From contig OZ024747.1 in assembly GCA_964016885.1 (NCBI GenBank), forward strand, positions 6,882,001-6,946,000: a stretch of DNA of 64,000 bases, written 5' to 3'. Below the pieces are notes generated by a model, which saw only the letters and a program-made list of their open reading frames with translations, had not been told where the DNA came from and did no database searches. The DNA comes from Eledone cirrhosa. Its lineage: Eukaryota. The position numbers and the translations under genes are program-made. The number at the start of each line of letters is the position of its first letter. Position 1 is the first letter of the stretch. Shown in pieces: positions 45,507 to 59,057 of this stretch.

Positions 45507-47804
45507 ATGAGCGTGAAAGAAGAAGTTTTTACTTGCCATATATGTGAAGAGGTCTTTCCAGAAGATTCCTTGTTACAAGATCATGTTATCATTCATCAAG
45601 ATAACGTCTCTTACCGATGTGACATCTGCCAGAAAGATTTCTGCAAGTATTCTGAAGCTTGCGTTCACCTCAAACCTGTTGCTAATCCCAAACTCTTCCA
45701 CTGTGATGTGTGTGCAAAAGAATTTGTTACAAACAAGAACTTGAAGAGACATTTGAGGACACACACTGGAGAAAAGCCATACAACTGTGAGTTGTGTGGT
45801 AAACACTTTGCTCAAGCATCATCATTGAAACGACATACAAAGGCACACAGTGGGGAGAAACCATACTCTTGTGAAGTGTGTGGAAAGAAGTTTCTAGCAG
45901 GAAATGACTTAAAAAGACATAATAGAACACATACTGGTGAGAAACCATTTGCATGTGAAGTGTGTGGCAAGCGATTTGTTCAGAACACAGATTTGAAACG
46001 GCATAATAAAGTACATGTCCGGGAAAAGACTTTTCCTCGTGAGCCCCTGAAAAAAGATGCTGCAAGTTTCAAATCTAAACCCCCTAAAAAATTACCTACA
46101 ACTTACCCTGTTGAAAAACAATTCTGTTGTCAAATATGTACAAAGGTCTTTCCTAAATTTTCAAAATGGGCCAATCATGTTCGCAGTCACCCTGGTGAAA
46201 AACCTTATTTTTGTGAACTGTGCAAAAAGAAATTTGCACAAGGGTCTTCTTTAAAGCGACACATCAAAGCCCATTCAGGGGAACGTCCATTTTCCTGTGA
46301 AGTGTGTGCAAAGAGATTTGCTGCCAATAATGACTTAAAGAGACATGCACGTACTCACACAGGTGAAAAGCCTTATATTTGCAATGTCTGTGGAAGGGGC
46401 TTTGGGACAAATAATGACCTGAAAAGACATTTGAAAATTCACACTGGAGAAAAGCCATTTCATTGTAAAGAATGTGGTAAAAGTTTTCTGACAAATTCTA
46501 GGTTACAGTATCATTTACGATGTCACTCTGGATTGAATCTATCTTGTAAAGTATGTAAAAAAGTTTTTCTAAAAAGTTCAACCCTAAAGAGCCATCTTTT
46601 GATACATAATAGAGGTGTTTGTGATAAGGATCCCTCAAAGACTATACCACTAATTAGAGGTAAGAATTGTGAAGAGAGGAATTACATTTGTTCTATTTGT
46701 AAATCAACCTTCCAAACTCATATTGAATTAGGTCGACATGTTAAAATACACAGTGAATATAGAAGTTTTACTTCTGAAATACCGGGAGACATTTTAACTC
46801 CACATTTTTTATCAGTGAACAATGGTGTGGTTGAGACTGTAAACCGAGTGGCCAACACTTGTGAACCTTTAAGTGAACTTAAGGCTGGAAACAATTTAAT
46901 CATCCATGAGAAACGGTTGACTAATAAAGTATCATATGCCTGTGGCATTTGCCAAAAATCTTTTGTAACTCAAAATAACCTAAATAATCATGTAAGGATT
47001 CATACTGGAGAAAGGCCTTTCCCTTGCAAGGTGTGTCGGAAGAGATTTATAACAAATAATAACTTAAAGAGACACAGTAGAACCCATACAGGTGAGAGGC
47101 CATTCACATGTGAAGTTTGTAGCAAAAGTTTTCTTACCGGTAATGATTTAAAAAGACATAATAAGACACACACTGGTGAGAGACCCTTTTCTTGTACGAT
47201 ATGTACAAAAGGATTTGTTCAAAACACTGACTTAAAGAGACACATGAAAGTGCATCTTCGTGAAAAGAAACAAGACATTGAGTTGCCACATAAGAAAGAT
47301 GGTGTCATCAGCTTCAAGATGCTCTCCTCTGATAAAGTACATCGTTGCCAGATTTGTAATAAAACATTTCTCAGATATTACAGATTGAGAATTCATCTAA
47401 GAACACACACTGGAGAGAAACCTTATAACTGCAGGACTTGTGGTAAAGGATTCACAACAAGCTGCAATCTTAAGCGACACACAAAATTTCATGCGGGAGA
47501 GAAACTTTTCTCTTGTGAAACTTGTGGCAAGAATTTTGTCATGAACTGTGATTTGAAAAGACATATTCGAATTCACACGGGAGAAAAGCCTTACTCATGT
47601 GGCATATGCCAGAAACATTTCACCACCAGCAATGTCTTGAAAAGACACAACAAAATCCACACAAAGGGTGATATTTACCAGGGTGCCCAATATCAGGAAA
47701 ACTTTGTTAATCCCAGTGATTTTAACATGCATTTAGGAATGCACAGTTTGATCGACCCCATTCTGCTTGAAAACAAAAAACTTTCTGAGGCTATAAAAGA
47801 CTGA
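45507..47804 (+). CDS. C2H2 zinc-finger protein, 765 aa, 20 intact and 2 degenerate fingers, single coding exon
   Basis: Long ORF of CxxC-x12-HxxxH units with TGEKP/TGERP linkers; upstream acceptor ttttcag ending at 45353 implies a non-coding 5' exon; no KRAB, BTB or ZAD domain seen. Confidence 0.95.
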   Translation: MSVKEEVFTCHICEEVFPEDSLLQDHVIIHQDNVSYRCDICQKDFCKYSEACVHLKPVANPKLFHCDVCAKEFVTNKNLKRHLRTHTGEKPYNCELCGKHFAQASSLKRHTKAHSGEKPYSCEVCGKKFLAGNDLKRHNRTHTGEKPFACEVCGKRFVQNTDLKRHNKVHVREKTFPREPLKKDAASFKSKPPKKLPTTYPVEKQFCCQICTKVFPKFSKWANHVRSHPGEKPYFCELCKKKFAQGSSLKRHIKAHSGERPFSCEVCAKRFAANNDLKRHARTHTGEKPYICNVCGRGFGTNNDLKRHLKIHTGEKPFHCKECGKSFLTNSRLQYHLRCHSGLNLSCKVCKKVFLKSSTLKSHLLIHNRGVCDKDPSKTIPLIRGKNCEERNYICSICKSTFQTHIELGRHVKIHSEYRSFTSEIPGDILTPHFLSVNNGVVETVNRVANTCEPLSELKAGNNLIIHEKRLTNKVSYACGICQKSFVTQNNLNNHVRIHTGERPFPCKVCRKRFITNNNLKRHSRTHTGERPFTCEVCSKSFLTGNDLKRHNKTHTGERPFSCTICTKGFVQNTDLKRHMKVHLREKKQDIELPHKKDGVISFKMLSSDKVHRCQICNKTFLRYYRLRIHLRTHTGEKPYNCRTCGKGFTTSCNLKRHTKFHAGEKLFSCETCGKNFVMNCDLKRHIRIHTGEKPYSCGICQKHFTTSNVLKRHNKIHTKGDIYQGAQYQENFVNPSDFNMHLGMHSLIDPILLENKKLSEAIKD

Positions 47805-48050
47805 AATCATTGTATGATGACACATGTATAAAGGTTTTTTTAAATAAGTGACTTCCTTCAAGTGTGTTTTTCTTAAAAGTGGAAATTATATTTGATCAGT
47901 TTGTTTGCTTCTTTCTTAATCTTATTAAAATTTCTATCATTTGAGTGGTTGAATAGAGGCTGAGTGATTGCTTGTTGGGCACACATATCCACATCCAAGT
48001 TGAAGCAGTGTCACATGCACTGCAGTGATTTCTTTAAATAAGATGCAATA

Positions 48051-48199
48051 TTAACCCTTAAGCAAAATAAGTGTATGATTAGGGCACCAAAGGAAGAGGG
48101 ACACCGTTTTTATTCAAATTAAATGTATTTGCCAGTTTAAACAGAAAGAGGTGAGAGAATTCTGGCCAGATACGGCCAGTTTAAATGCTAAAGGGTTAA
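48051..48199. mobile_element. piggyBac-type MITE variant
   Basis: ttaacccttaagca ... taaatgctaaagggttaa; right arm nearly identical to 38215-38279. Confidence 0.65.
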
Positions 48200-48679
48200 A
48201 TATTACAATGGACTATTTCATTATTAGCTTGTTAAGTAGTCTGCAATATAAATTCAATTCCTGTTCAACCTATTTGATAATAGTCTGCTTGATACCAACT
48301 TCTGTTTCCATAATACAAAACCTCTCATTGTAAAGTGATCATATATACATTTATACACACCTACAATTAGGATTTTTATCTAAAAACCCGTTATGTTCCA
48401 AACAGTCAGCTGAATAATAAAATACTATTTTACTAAATTCCTCCAAATTCTTAATTATTTAAAAAATTAAATGAAATATGAGTTGTATATGCCACTATAA
48501 ATATGGTCATAATAGGGTTAAACCATATCTAAGGTAAAACCTTCCATGATAAGATTATGTAAGAACATTTTGTTACATTTATCTTCATTATAGTATTTTA
48601 TTAAATCTCTCCAGTTTGACTTTGTAGTAGGTAGAGGTGTTACTGATGTCTTTTTCCTTGTGAAATAACTTCAGAAGTA

Positions 48680-49760
48680 CTTAGCCAAGAGTAAGCCCTA
48701 CAACATATCATTTGTTGACCTACAGAAAGCTTTTGACAAGGTTCCTTGCTCTATAATTTTGTGGGCTCTTAGGAAAATAAGGTTAGAAGAATGGCTTGTG
48801 AGGGCTGTATAGACCATGTTCTGAGGTTTATGTTAACAATGAGTATAATGACGAATTTAGTGTGCAAGTAGTCCACCAGGGCTCTGTCTTCAGCCCACTT
48901 CTGTTTGTTATAGTTCTCCAGGTCATAATAACAGAGTTTAAGACTGGCTACCCATGGGAACTCCTATTTATTATACCTGAATCTACAAAGAAAGCAACAT
49001 TTAGAATCAAAAGCTCTCAAAGTCAACTTAGCAAAGACTAAATTCTTAGTAAGTAGGAAAGATTTCATCAGGGAAATGGCCATGCTCAATATACAAAAAA
49101 GGAGTTAGTAGAAATTCCATACAGTGTACAAAATGTAAACTATGGTTACACAAGAGATATAGCAGGATTTTGAGCAGGCTAACAACAAATGTAGGCTTTG
49201 TGGCAAATGCACAAGACCAGAAATCAACAAGAGTATATACATAAGACTTTATCTCATGCTCAGTGGCTTAACAGCATCAGTTATCTTGGTAACTTAATTA
49301 ATGGTAGGGATAGAGGGTTTGAAAGTATAGGAGTTAGAGTGAGAACTGGGGGGAAAAAGTTTAGGGAGCTGCTACTTCTGTTGACTATGAAGGGTTTCTC
49401 TCTCAGGACAAAATGTAAATTTTGATGCCTGCGTGAAAAATGTGATGCTACATGGAAGTGAGATTTGGGCCTTGAATGCACAGAATCTGCATAGATTGGA
49501 AACAAATTAGAGGCATGCTCTGATGGATGTGTAATGTTAGTGCACATGAACAATGAAATATTAATGAACTGAGAGAAAAGGTAAGTATAAGAAGGATTAG
49601 ATGTAATGTACTATAGAGAGGACTTCAGTGGTGTGGACATGTGATGTATATGGAGGATAACAGCTACATAAAGAACTGTAGGGCATTCAGTTGATGGAAC
49701 CTGTAAAAGAAGACCAAAAAAAAAATTTGAGAGGATGTGGTGAGGCTGACCTGAAGATTT
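48680..49760 (+). mobile_element. Old RTE-type LINE relic (target of the Gypsy insertion)
   Basis: FVDLQKAFDKVP, VHQGSVFSPLLFVIVLQ and GYPWELL remnants; sequence resumes after 51811. Confidence 0.75.
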
Positions 49761-51807
49761 TGTGGGTATGGTGTGGTATGTGGTGGCCGGAAGCTGGGGA
49801 GTGCTCGACCGGAAGAGTGCTTGGCCGGAAGGGTGCTCGACCGGAAGGGCCAGCAGGTCGGCCTCTCTCTAGCAGTGATCAGGAATGTGGTAGACGCGAG
49901 TTTTGCAGCTCCCGGTTTTAACGAGTGGGATTGTACGCACGTGGAAGAGGAGAAACCAGCCATGGAATGCAGCTATGTCAAGAGACGAGCGGGAGGGGTG
50001 ACTTGGAGTGACAGAGTGGGAGAGAGGACGGTGGCCATGATGCAGGAGATCGTGGAGAGGGTGAAGGCCAACGACCCAGTGCAGGGACGCTGGTATGTTC
50101 CCAAATCGCAGAGCGGGACTGTATGGTGCGATGCCAGCAGCATAGCGCTGGGTGTCACGTTGGAGATAGGAGGTGTTGAGGTCTAGGATGCAGCCTGGCT
50201 TAGGAAGAAGGACGACTGCAACCACATCAATGTGGCCGAACTGGACGCGGTGTTGAGAGGGGTGAACCTCGCCCTGAGGTGGGGACTGCGCACCATCGAG
50301 ATACGCACCGACTCGGCTACTGTACTCGGATGGGTGAGATCAGTGCTCACCAGTGAGAAGAGAGTGCGAACGAGAGGGGCGGCGGAGATGCTGATAAATC
50401 GCCGCCTGGGAACTTTAGGAGAGCTGGCCACCGAGTTCGACCTGAGGCTGAGCATAGTTTTCGTGTCCTCAGAGAAAAATAGGGCGGACATCTTAACCAG
50501 GGTGAAGAAAGCCTGGATGGAAGCGCCAGAGGAGATAGCTGCCGTGTGTCGGCTGACCGAGTCGGATCTGAAAGGGTTGCATGACATGCACCACATGGGA
50601 GTGGATAGGACTCTGTTCCTAGCCAGGAGAATCGACTCGGACGTTAACAGACACAGTGTTCAAAGGGTGGTTAGAGGCTGCGTCCGATGTCAGTCCATTG
50701 ATCCCGCCCCGGGTGTGCACGAAACAGGAAGCCTCCCGGTGGATCGCAACTGGAAGCGATTGGCAGTGGATGTAATGCACTACCGACAGGGAACGTACCT
50801 CTCGATGGTCGACTGTGGACCAGGACGGATGGCGATATGGAGGGAGATGAAGACTGGAATGGCTGAGGAAATCATGCGGACGTTGAGAGAGGTGTTCTTG
50901 GAGCGGGGCCCTGTGGACGAACTGCTGATGGACAACAGCGCAGCGTTCCGCTCGGAGGCGCTGAGGGAGATGCTCGATGGGATGGAAGTGGACCGTTTCT
51001 TCAGAGCAGCGTACAGGCCAAACGGAAATAGAATCGTGGAGCGACACCACCGGACGATCAAAGCAATGGCGGAGCGGGGCCACATCTCACCAATGGAGGC
51101 AGTGTTCTGGTACAACATGTCCCCTCGGGTGGGACAGGTTGAGGAATCGGTGCCACACAGAGCAGTATTCAGATACGAGTGGCGGCACCCATGCACACCA
51201 CCACAATGGCCAGTGGGGAGAGAGAATGCATTTGTGCAGGTGGGCGAAGAAGTCTGGGTTAAGCCCCCAGATGCATGTTGCACATCTCAATGGGGAAGGG
51301 GAACGGTGACGGCCGTAAATTCCCAGAACAATGTGTCCGTGGACGGAGTACCACGTCATGTCCTGGATGTCCGTAGAATTACTGTGTCAACGGACTCCGA
51401 GGAAGAGGAAACCCAAAGTGCCGCCCCAACTCTGCGGAGATCGCAAAGAAGTCGCAAACCACCAACCTGGACAGCAGACATTCATATGCAGAAGGACAAG
51501 GGGGAAATTGATCCTTGAGATCAGGGGGGGGGGGGGGGGGGGGCGTGTGGGTATGGTGTGGTGTGCTCGACCGGAAGAGTGCTTGGCCGGAAGGGTGCTT
51601 GACCGGAAGGGCCAACAGGCCGGCCTCTCTCTAGCGGTGATCAGGAACATGGTGGACGCGAGTTTTGCAGCTACCAGTTTTAACGAGTTGGATTGTACGC
51701 ACGTGGAAGAGGAGAAACCAGCCATGGGATCTAGCGGCGCCTGTGAAAAGCGGTAAGTGAGGTAGCTTTTTCTAATCACTGATTTCACACGATCAAGCTA
51801 ACTGGCA
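49761..51807 (+). mobile_element. Ty3/Gypsy-type LTR retrotransposon, internally deleted (gag, protease and RT missing)
   Basis: 5' LTR 49761-49965 (truncated); 3' LTR 51546-51807 with TG...CA ends; poly-G PPT 51523-51543; 4-bp TSD ATTT at 49757-49760 and 51808-51811; RNase H precedes integrase. Confidence 0.9.
49966..51518 (+). pseudogene. pol remnant: RNase H plus integrase
   Basis: RNase H motifs WCDAS, HINVAELDA and IRTDS; integrase HHCC (HDMHH..CVRC) and D-D-E (LAVD, LMDN, IVERHHRT); one in-frame TAG at 50184-50186. Confidence 0.9.
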
Positions 51808-52959
51808 ATTTGTTGCACTACAGATGACTTACTTTTCCATGTGAATGAGATGAAATAAGCATGAGGAGGATGTAGTGAAGAAGCAACACAGCTGAATAAA
51901 GGACACAGTGCATCACCCAGTCCGAGAATCGAACTCACAACCTCTCGATTGCAAGCCCAACGTTCTAACCTCTTTATTTAATCCTAAAAGGATGAAAACA
52001 ATCAGTTTAACCCATCAAAATTTCAACTTAGATATTCAAAGTCCTACTTTACTTTATCTATGGCAAATTTCTGCAGCTGGATGCCCATCTTGATGCTAAC
52101 ACATACTTTTCAGTAAGAGATTCACCAACTTAATGGTGTTTTGGAGGTGAAGACATACACACACACATACATACAAACAAAAGGTTTTCACAGTTTCCAT
52201 CGACCAAATTCACTCACAAGACATTATTCGACCCAAGGCTATAACAGAAGACACTTGCCCAAGGTGCCACACACTGTCACATATAAATCATTATTAAATT
52301 CCAATGTACCAATTCACCTATCTACTGCCCCAGATAATCTAGGTAGATATTTCTGTTTGATAAAACATAATTTTCCACTTCCACTTGATAAGACACAGTG
52401 TCAGCTGGACAAACTCAACCCATAGAGGTTTATTTGATAGACACTGCTTAGTGATTCTTATATTTTTTTTATTGTTTTTCCTTTAAGCATAATTACATCT
52501 TAAAGAAGATGCCTCACATTCATTCACCTTTGGGATTGGTGTTTGGTCAAACAGCAGTAATACTGTTAATCTATTGGTAGTTAACAGATCCATTTAACTA
52601 TTTCTGAAGCATCCATATGTCTCATCAGATTACGTCTAATTCAGATCTCACTAGATGTCTCACACATCTGTATGTCTCATGTAGGACTCACCAAATCTGC
52701 GCCTGGAATTTTCTTCTCTAAGGTTCCGGTCCAAGCTAGGGTTTCTATGTAAAACCAGTTGTTGCCCATATATGCAAGTTTTCCCTTTCAATGTCACTAA
52801 TGTTGTCCAAAGTAAAATCAAGAGCTGATACAGTTTGACAGTTGTGTTATTGCAGATGTTGTCTGCAGAACATCTGCAAGGTATCCCAGTACATGACTAG
52901 TACTTTATTTATTGACTCTGAAAGGATGAAAGGCAAAGTTCATCTTCTAAAATATGTCT

Positions 52960-53232
52960 TGAGCCTGGACGCTCATCAGGCCAGTGTTTATCCTGGTTTT
53001 CATGGCATGAAGTCATTGAGAATACAAGACTCCCTCCTGGACAGGATACCAGTCCATTGCAAGGTTAAATCCCAAGCTATTGCTGGTACTCATTTTCAGC
53101 TGAGTATACTGTACGGGAGCAATGTAAAATGAAGTGTTTTACTCAAGAACATAACACACAACCCAGTCCTGAAATCGAGCCCACGACAATATGATTGTAA
53201 GACCAACACCCTTACCACTAAGCCACGCACCT
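52960..53232 (-). mobile_element. tRNA-derived SINE (family B), antisense
   Basis: Minus-strand head gtgcgtggcttagtggtaagg...gggctcgatttc. Confidence 0.65.
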
Positions 53233-54055
53233 CGACAAGTTGATCTTAGTGATCTCAGGATGTAGAAACTTGCAACAAACTCAGCAAAATATTTTATCTA
53301 ATGCTACAGCGACTTTGCCAATTCAATACCTTCTATCATTTAACACATAGGTTTTGGCAAATTCACTACCAATTCACTACCTTCTATCATTTAACACTAG
53401 GTTTTGGCAAAATCAATCATAACTTCATCTTATAAAAGAGAAAATAAGTTTTTATTTTTGTAAGTTACTGATAAACCTTCACTCTTTTCCTTTTTCATTT
53501 AGTTACAGGCTTGTTTACAGAATTTTGTAGAAGTAAAAAGAAAGTTTCTGTGATGATGGTTATAATATAAATATATTTCTTGTTTTATTTTCACCTGAAT
53601 GTAATTCACTTCTTGTTTACTGACTCAGAAAATTAAAGGAAAAGAGAATGATAGAATAAATATATCCATACAACTAATGTGGAACACTGTTGCAGTTGTT
53701 GGGCTGGACATAGAGTGTAACAGAGTAATTTCAGTAGAGGAACATTGGAGTATTTGAATCTTGTACTGCTAGGTAACAAGTCTTTCAGCACTGCATAAGT
53801 CAATGAAGGAATCTTTTCATAGTTGTTTGACCTGCTAAAAATAACAGCAAAACCACACTCTGCTGTCTTATAAAAAGGAAGTTCATATTGGATAATGGTA
53901 CATTATATCTGAACAAAGGATAGAATGCCTTTGATCATAAGTCTCTGTCTGGGATCAGGACTAACCTGGAGAGAAACAACAATAAGAGCAGCAAGTTGTT
54001 ATCACTGTTGTTTCTAGTAGGGACTCTATAATTCCTCATGGTAGTTATTCTAGAC

Positions 54056-54355
54056 TGGAGAGTCACTTCAGGTGGAGCTGCTTCTCCGCATCGAAAGATC
54101 ACAGCTCCAGTTCTACAGAGATGTGGTTAGAACGTCAAAGTAAAGAATCGTAGGACAGATTTTATGGGCAAAGCCAACTGGCAGGAGACGCAGAGGTAGA
54201 CCACAAGGATGGTGGTTGGATAACATATGTAACCTCAGTTGGTCTTGCTTGGGGTCCAGCTGGATCAGAGTGGGTTACTTCTTATAGGACTCTCTGGGAG
54301 GTGTTTCTGAGGACTTTGTCCTCATGACCCTGTCAGGATTAAGTGGGCAAAAGAG
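54056..54355 (+). mobile_element. Rex3/RTE-like LINE 3' fragment
   Basis: Reads ELLLRIERSQLQF..AKPTGRRRRGRPQGWWLD..LSWSCLG. Confidence 0.7.
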
Positions 54356-55199
54356 AAAAGATCTAAGTGTATAACTGGTACTCATGTTAGTGGCTCCAAA
54401 CATCAGCATATAACATACTTATTTTAGTGACTGCAGCCCCTCAACATTAACTGGTACTTATTTTAGAGTCTCCAGGAGTAGTGGTAAAAACAAAACATAA
54501 TTAATAAATAATTATGTTATAACTGATATAATTAATCCAAATACGGTGAAACACCTGTTTGACTCTCTTATTATCAGCTGTAGTGGTAGTAGTAGTAGTA
54601 GTAGTTGTTGTTGTAGCAACGGTGGGTGATAGTAGTAATATTAGTAGTGATGGGTGACAGATATTGTTGTCGTTTAGGTGCAGATCATCTAAGGTGTCCT
54701 TAGGTTTGGTAGAGTTAGCACTATATCATTCAAAGAGTCTCATCCCTTTTCAAGACACCACAGTTGTTTCAGATAGAGATTTGACTGTTTATTCTAACAA
54801 GTCAAGACAAGTGACAACTTACATGTTCGGATGGTTCACAATAGTAACAGTAAGTATAACATTATTAGTAGTAGCAGTAGTAGTAGTAGTAGTAGTAGTA
54901 GTTTAATACATCGTGTCAAGGATGACTGACTTGGACTTGTAGAGCAAACCACCTAGAGAATTCCTGTTTGGGACCTATCTATCCCTTCTTATCTTTCCCA
55001 GGTAGTGATGCAGTGTAAGATTGTTCTAGAAGATCTGGTGCCTATTCTTTACATCAATGATAATTGGCACACAGAAGACTATCCTGTTCAGAGACACCTC
55101 AAAATATTTACATCAGATTTGAACTCTCACTAACAATTAAGATGGTAGAGAGTTATTATCAGAGGTTTATCGTGGTTATTGTCACAGAATGAGCACTGT

Positions 55200-55345
55200 G
55201 TTACCACCACCATCAATACCACCACCAATACCACCACTAATACCACCACTAATACTACCACCAATACCACCACTAATACTACCACCAATACCACCACTAA
55301 TACCACCACTAATACTACCACTAATACCACCACTAATACCACCAC
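55200..55345. repeat. 12-bp repeat (aataccaccact)n
   Basis: Directly visible. Confidence 0.9.
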
Positions 55346-56949
55346 AAAATACTGCTCTGATATAAGTATTACTACAAACCAAACACGACTTGTTTATGAC
55401 AGTGTATTAATGCAGGAACTGAAACGTTATAAAGAAAACCACTTTCAGTTAATAAAATTTCAACGAAAACCTAACTTATTATCCTGCCATTTGCTGTGTC
55501 ATAAGATGATACAACTAGCTGTGGGGTGTATAGTGTACTATTTGAGAACAACTGCAACTGCCGCAATATTTCACAAGGGGGCGGGGCAGAAAAATAGTTT
55601 CCCCATTATGGTTCAGTGAGTTAGCTATCTTTTATGAATATATCATCTTTGGTTGGTGTACAGCACACATCTAGCATATACTATTATGATAAGACTGTAT
55701 ACGACATACGAAGTGGATATCACTCTTTTCCCAAACACGTAGGTCAACTGCCTTGAGATACGACGAAGCACCACAAGCACATTAAACTCATATTGTTCTT
55801 ATTTAACCCAGTGTCAGCCATGATCGAGAAGATCTTTGAATAATTACATTCCAGTCGTGATCATCTTAACTTTTTTTTCGAACATTGTGAATTTAAGACT
55901 ACATTATCTAATGTATTCCCACGCCCTTTAAAACGGCAGGGAATTTAGTTGCTATTTCTAGCAATTTGAACGACAGCTTCCTCGTTGAGTCGTCTGTTAT
56001 TAAGTTCATTTAGTCGACACAAATCATCAAGCTGTCCCATCTCTTACAAAGAAGCAACACGTTAGTTTGTTAATATGAATTAGAGTAGATGTACGACGAA
56101 AACTTTGATACTTAATAAAATAAAATACTATTACAAAGTAAGAAATAGTGTGAAATATTACGTTAAAAAGAAACAAAAACAACGAATTTATCAGAAGCAA
56201 AAAGTTGATAAATAAACTTAAAAAGAAATTTAATGGCATGTGTTAAGTTTCTGACACCAAACCTAAATAAGCCTATGAAGTTAGGTAAAAAAAAAGAGGG
56301 AAGAATAAAACACTCTTATGATTCAGAAGTATATTTAAAAAACGACAGAAGGAATTTCCTTTTCTTTTTTTGAACCAACTTTAGTTTCTTTCCCACCCTT
56401 CCTCTTTCCTCACTTTGAGACATTTACTTATCGGTTGATTAAAGAACCAAAGACTTGTATAACCATACGAAGATATATTTTACCGTAACTAGCAGCAAAC
56501 AGAGTGAGGAATAAGTACTTATTTAAAATTCAAATTATTTATTTCGTTATGGAAAAACAAAAACACACAAAAAACTAAAATAACAAACACATATTTCTTA
56601 ATCCTTTGAACGTGTATTAGCGTGTCTGACTTAAGGTTTGATATAAAACAACAAGAAATCAAGGGCTACTAACTTAATAACTGCACTAAAAAACCTGAGT
56701 TTATCGCACTAGAATTACTTAATAACATCATATAATATGGTGAAGTGCTCTAGTTGCAATGGGGGTGTATATGTATGCGAGTTAGGAAGCCAACGTCAAA
56801 AATAGTTTCTTTACCAGGATTAGAAATAATTATAATACTCTTCGCAAGCAGAGTACGTTCTCTGACCTGATCTTTTCTGCTTTGACTTATTCACATAAAT
56901 TTACAGTTAAAAAAATGTTTATATTGCAACTAATTGTTTTTTTTTTTAA

Positions 56950-57257
56950 TTTGCAGCCGGTACTAATTAAAATAGAGTGACATTTTCCCCCTGTTCACCG
57001 CTCCAGTCCCTATGGTGTCTGTTCTTGGTAGTGTTTACTGCCTATTTTTTTTTTTTTTACATCGCATCCAACACTCGGGGACTTTACTGGCTGTGATCTG
57101 TTAAACAGACATCGATACATAGGTCTTTCTGTATCCACCAATACACTTATCTATATCGTCATTTCACTGACATCATTGATTTTAGTTGGAATTTCTACAA
57201 TGGAGTCATTCTGAAACAGCGAAAAAATTAATTCCCACTTCCTAAAGCAAGGTAAGT
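56950..57257 (+). promoter_or_regulatory. Candidate non-coding first exon / promoter region of the 61445 ZNF gene
   Basis: Strong donor AAG|gtaagt at 57251/57252; CpG appears locally retained; unpaired acceptor tttgcag ending at 61267. Confidence 0.35.
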
Positions 57258-57524
57258 TGGAAAGGAAAAGGGGGTTTAACCAGTTGATACTACTGCTAAT
57301 GGTTTAGATTCTCTTACTAGTAATGTCCTACTCAATAGCTTACTTCGCCATCGCCTTTTATTATACATACTCTCACAAGGCATTATATATTATATTATAT
57401 ATATATATATATATATTTAAATAATTTATTTATATATGAATAATTTATTTATTTATTTATTTACAAATGTTTTAAAATATATTTCTCAATATAGCTTTAT
57501 GTTGTCGAAACTGCTTTTCTCTGT

Positions 57525-57581
<57 letters not shown>

Positions 57582-59057
57582 ATATTATATTATATATATA
57601 ATAATTGCATTGAAAAGCAGTAACGCAAAACTCGGAGCACCGAGGTCATAAAATGATTTAATTGCTATTATGCACGCATGAGTGTGTGTGTATATATATA
57701 TATATACAAATCACTATATATATATATACAGTAATTTGTATGTTAATTAAAGGGGATGTGGATGAAAGAAGAGACGGATCCCTATCGGATTTAATTTACA
57801 GACGCACACACACTTGTAGATATTCTATTATCCTTACGTATATGTATGCACAGATACTAGATTCAGTCATTAGTTTATAGTCACATATTTTATACAAAAT
57901 ATATTTGACATTAGTACATATAAAAGCTCTTGTTCAAACACATACACGCAAAATTTCTCTCCTTTTCACACACACACACACACTCTTTCTTTTTCTTACA
58001 CATGCGCGCACACATTCTCTTTCTCATACACGCACACACACACACATTCTATTTCTCACACACACAGCACAAATTCTTAGCACGATCACCATACCAAAAG
58101 AAGAAAAAAGAAAAAGAACCAAAACGAAAAGTAAAACGAAACAAAAACTACAGGTTCTGGCTGGAACTGCCTGTTGACTACCATCACTGACAATTTCTCT
58201 GACCCCCCACATCTGTGATAATATTAGACCCCCACTTTAAGAGCATTAAGCTCAGGCGGCGGCGCTCGTTTAGAGAACTGTAGACCTATCATGGCCGGAC
58301 ATTATTATAACCCTGAGCAAGCAATCTACTATCAGAGGAATCACAGTCGTGACCATTCCATCTTTTTTTATCGACATAGTGTGACATCCAAGATTACATT
58401 ATTCAATACGTCGTTCCTTCTTTTTTCTATTAGATAGTAGGGAATCTGACTGCTATTTTTAGCAGGTTGAATAATCCCATACAGGTTCCATCGTTAGTGC
58501 GTGCGTGTGTCTGTGACTAAATTGTGTTGTATTACTGTTGCCATTGCGTATTACGTGTATTGTAAAGAGCAATCGAGGGAGCTTTAATGGTTGCTCGACT
58601 TGCTAGAACATGCAGGAAAATTTCCCTCAAATCACTCTTAAATAAGGAAAGGACGTGTTAAATCATGTAAACCTACATTGTCATAAAAAGACAGGAGTGT
58701 CATTGTTGGAATGTCTTTGAAAGTAGGTCTACTCGAACGAGTTTGACTTGGGGCTAAACAACATCTACGTGTATTTCGTCAAGTGAAATAGAGTGGTCAA
58801 GTGCGGTGTCTTTTCTTTACATTTTATGTGTCGCCGTCAGAGGGCGGGATGTTGCAGATTTTTTAATATTTACGACCACTAACCTATAATAGCTTGGAAC
58901 GGACATACATTCACCCTATATAATATATATGTGTGTGTTTGGGGCCATAATAAATCTAATTCCTATGGCTTCGATTACCTATGAATTTATATATATATAT
59001 ATATATAGGAAGAAAATATTCAACCGTGAGCTCCTACGGTTTTTGATATATAAAATA

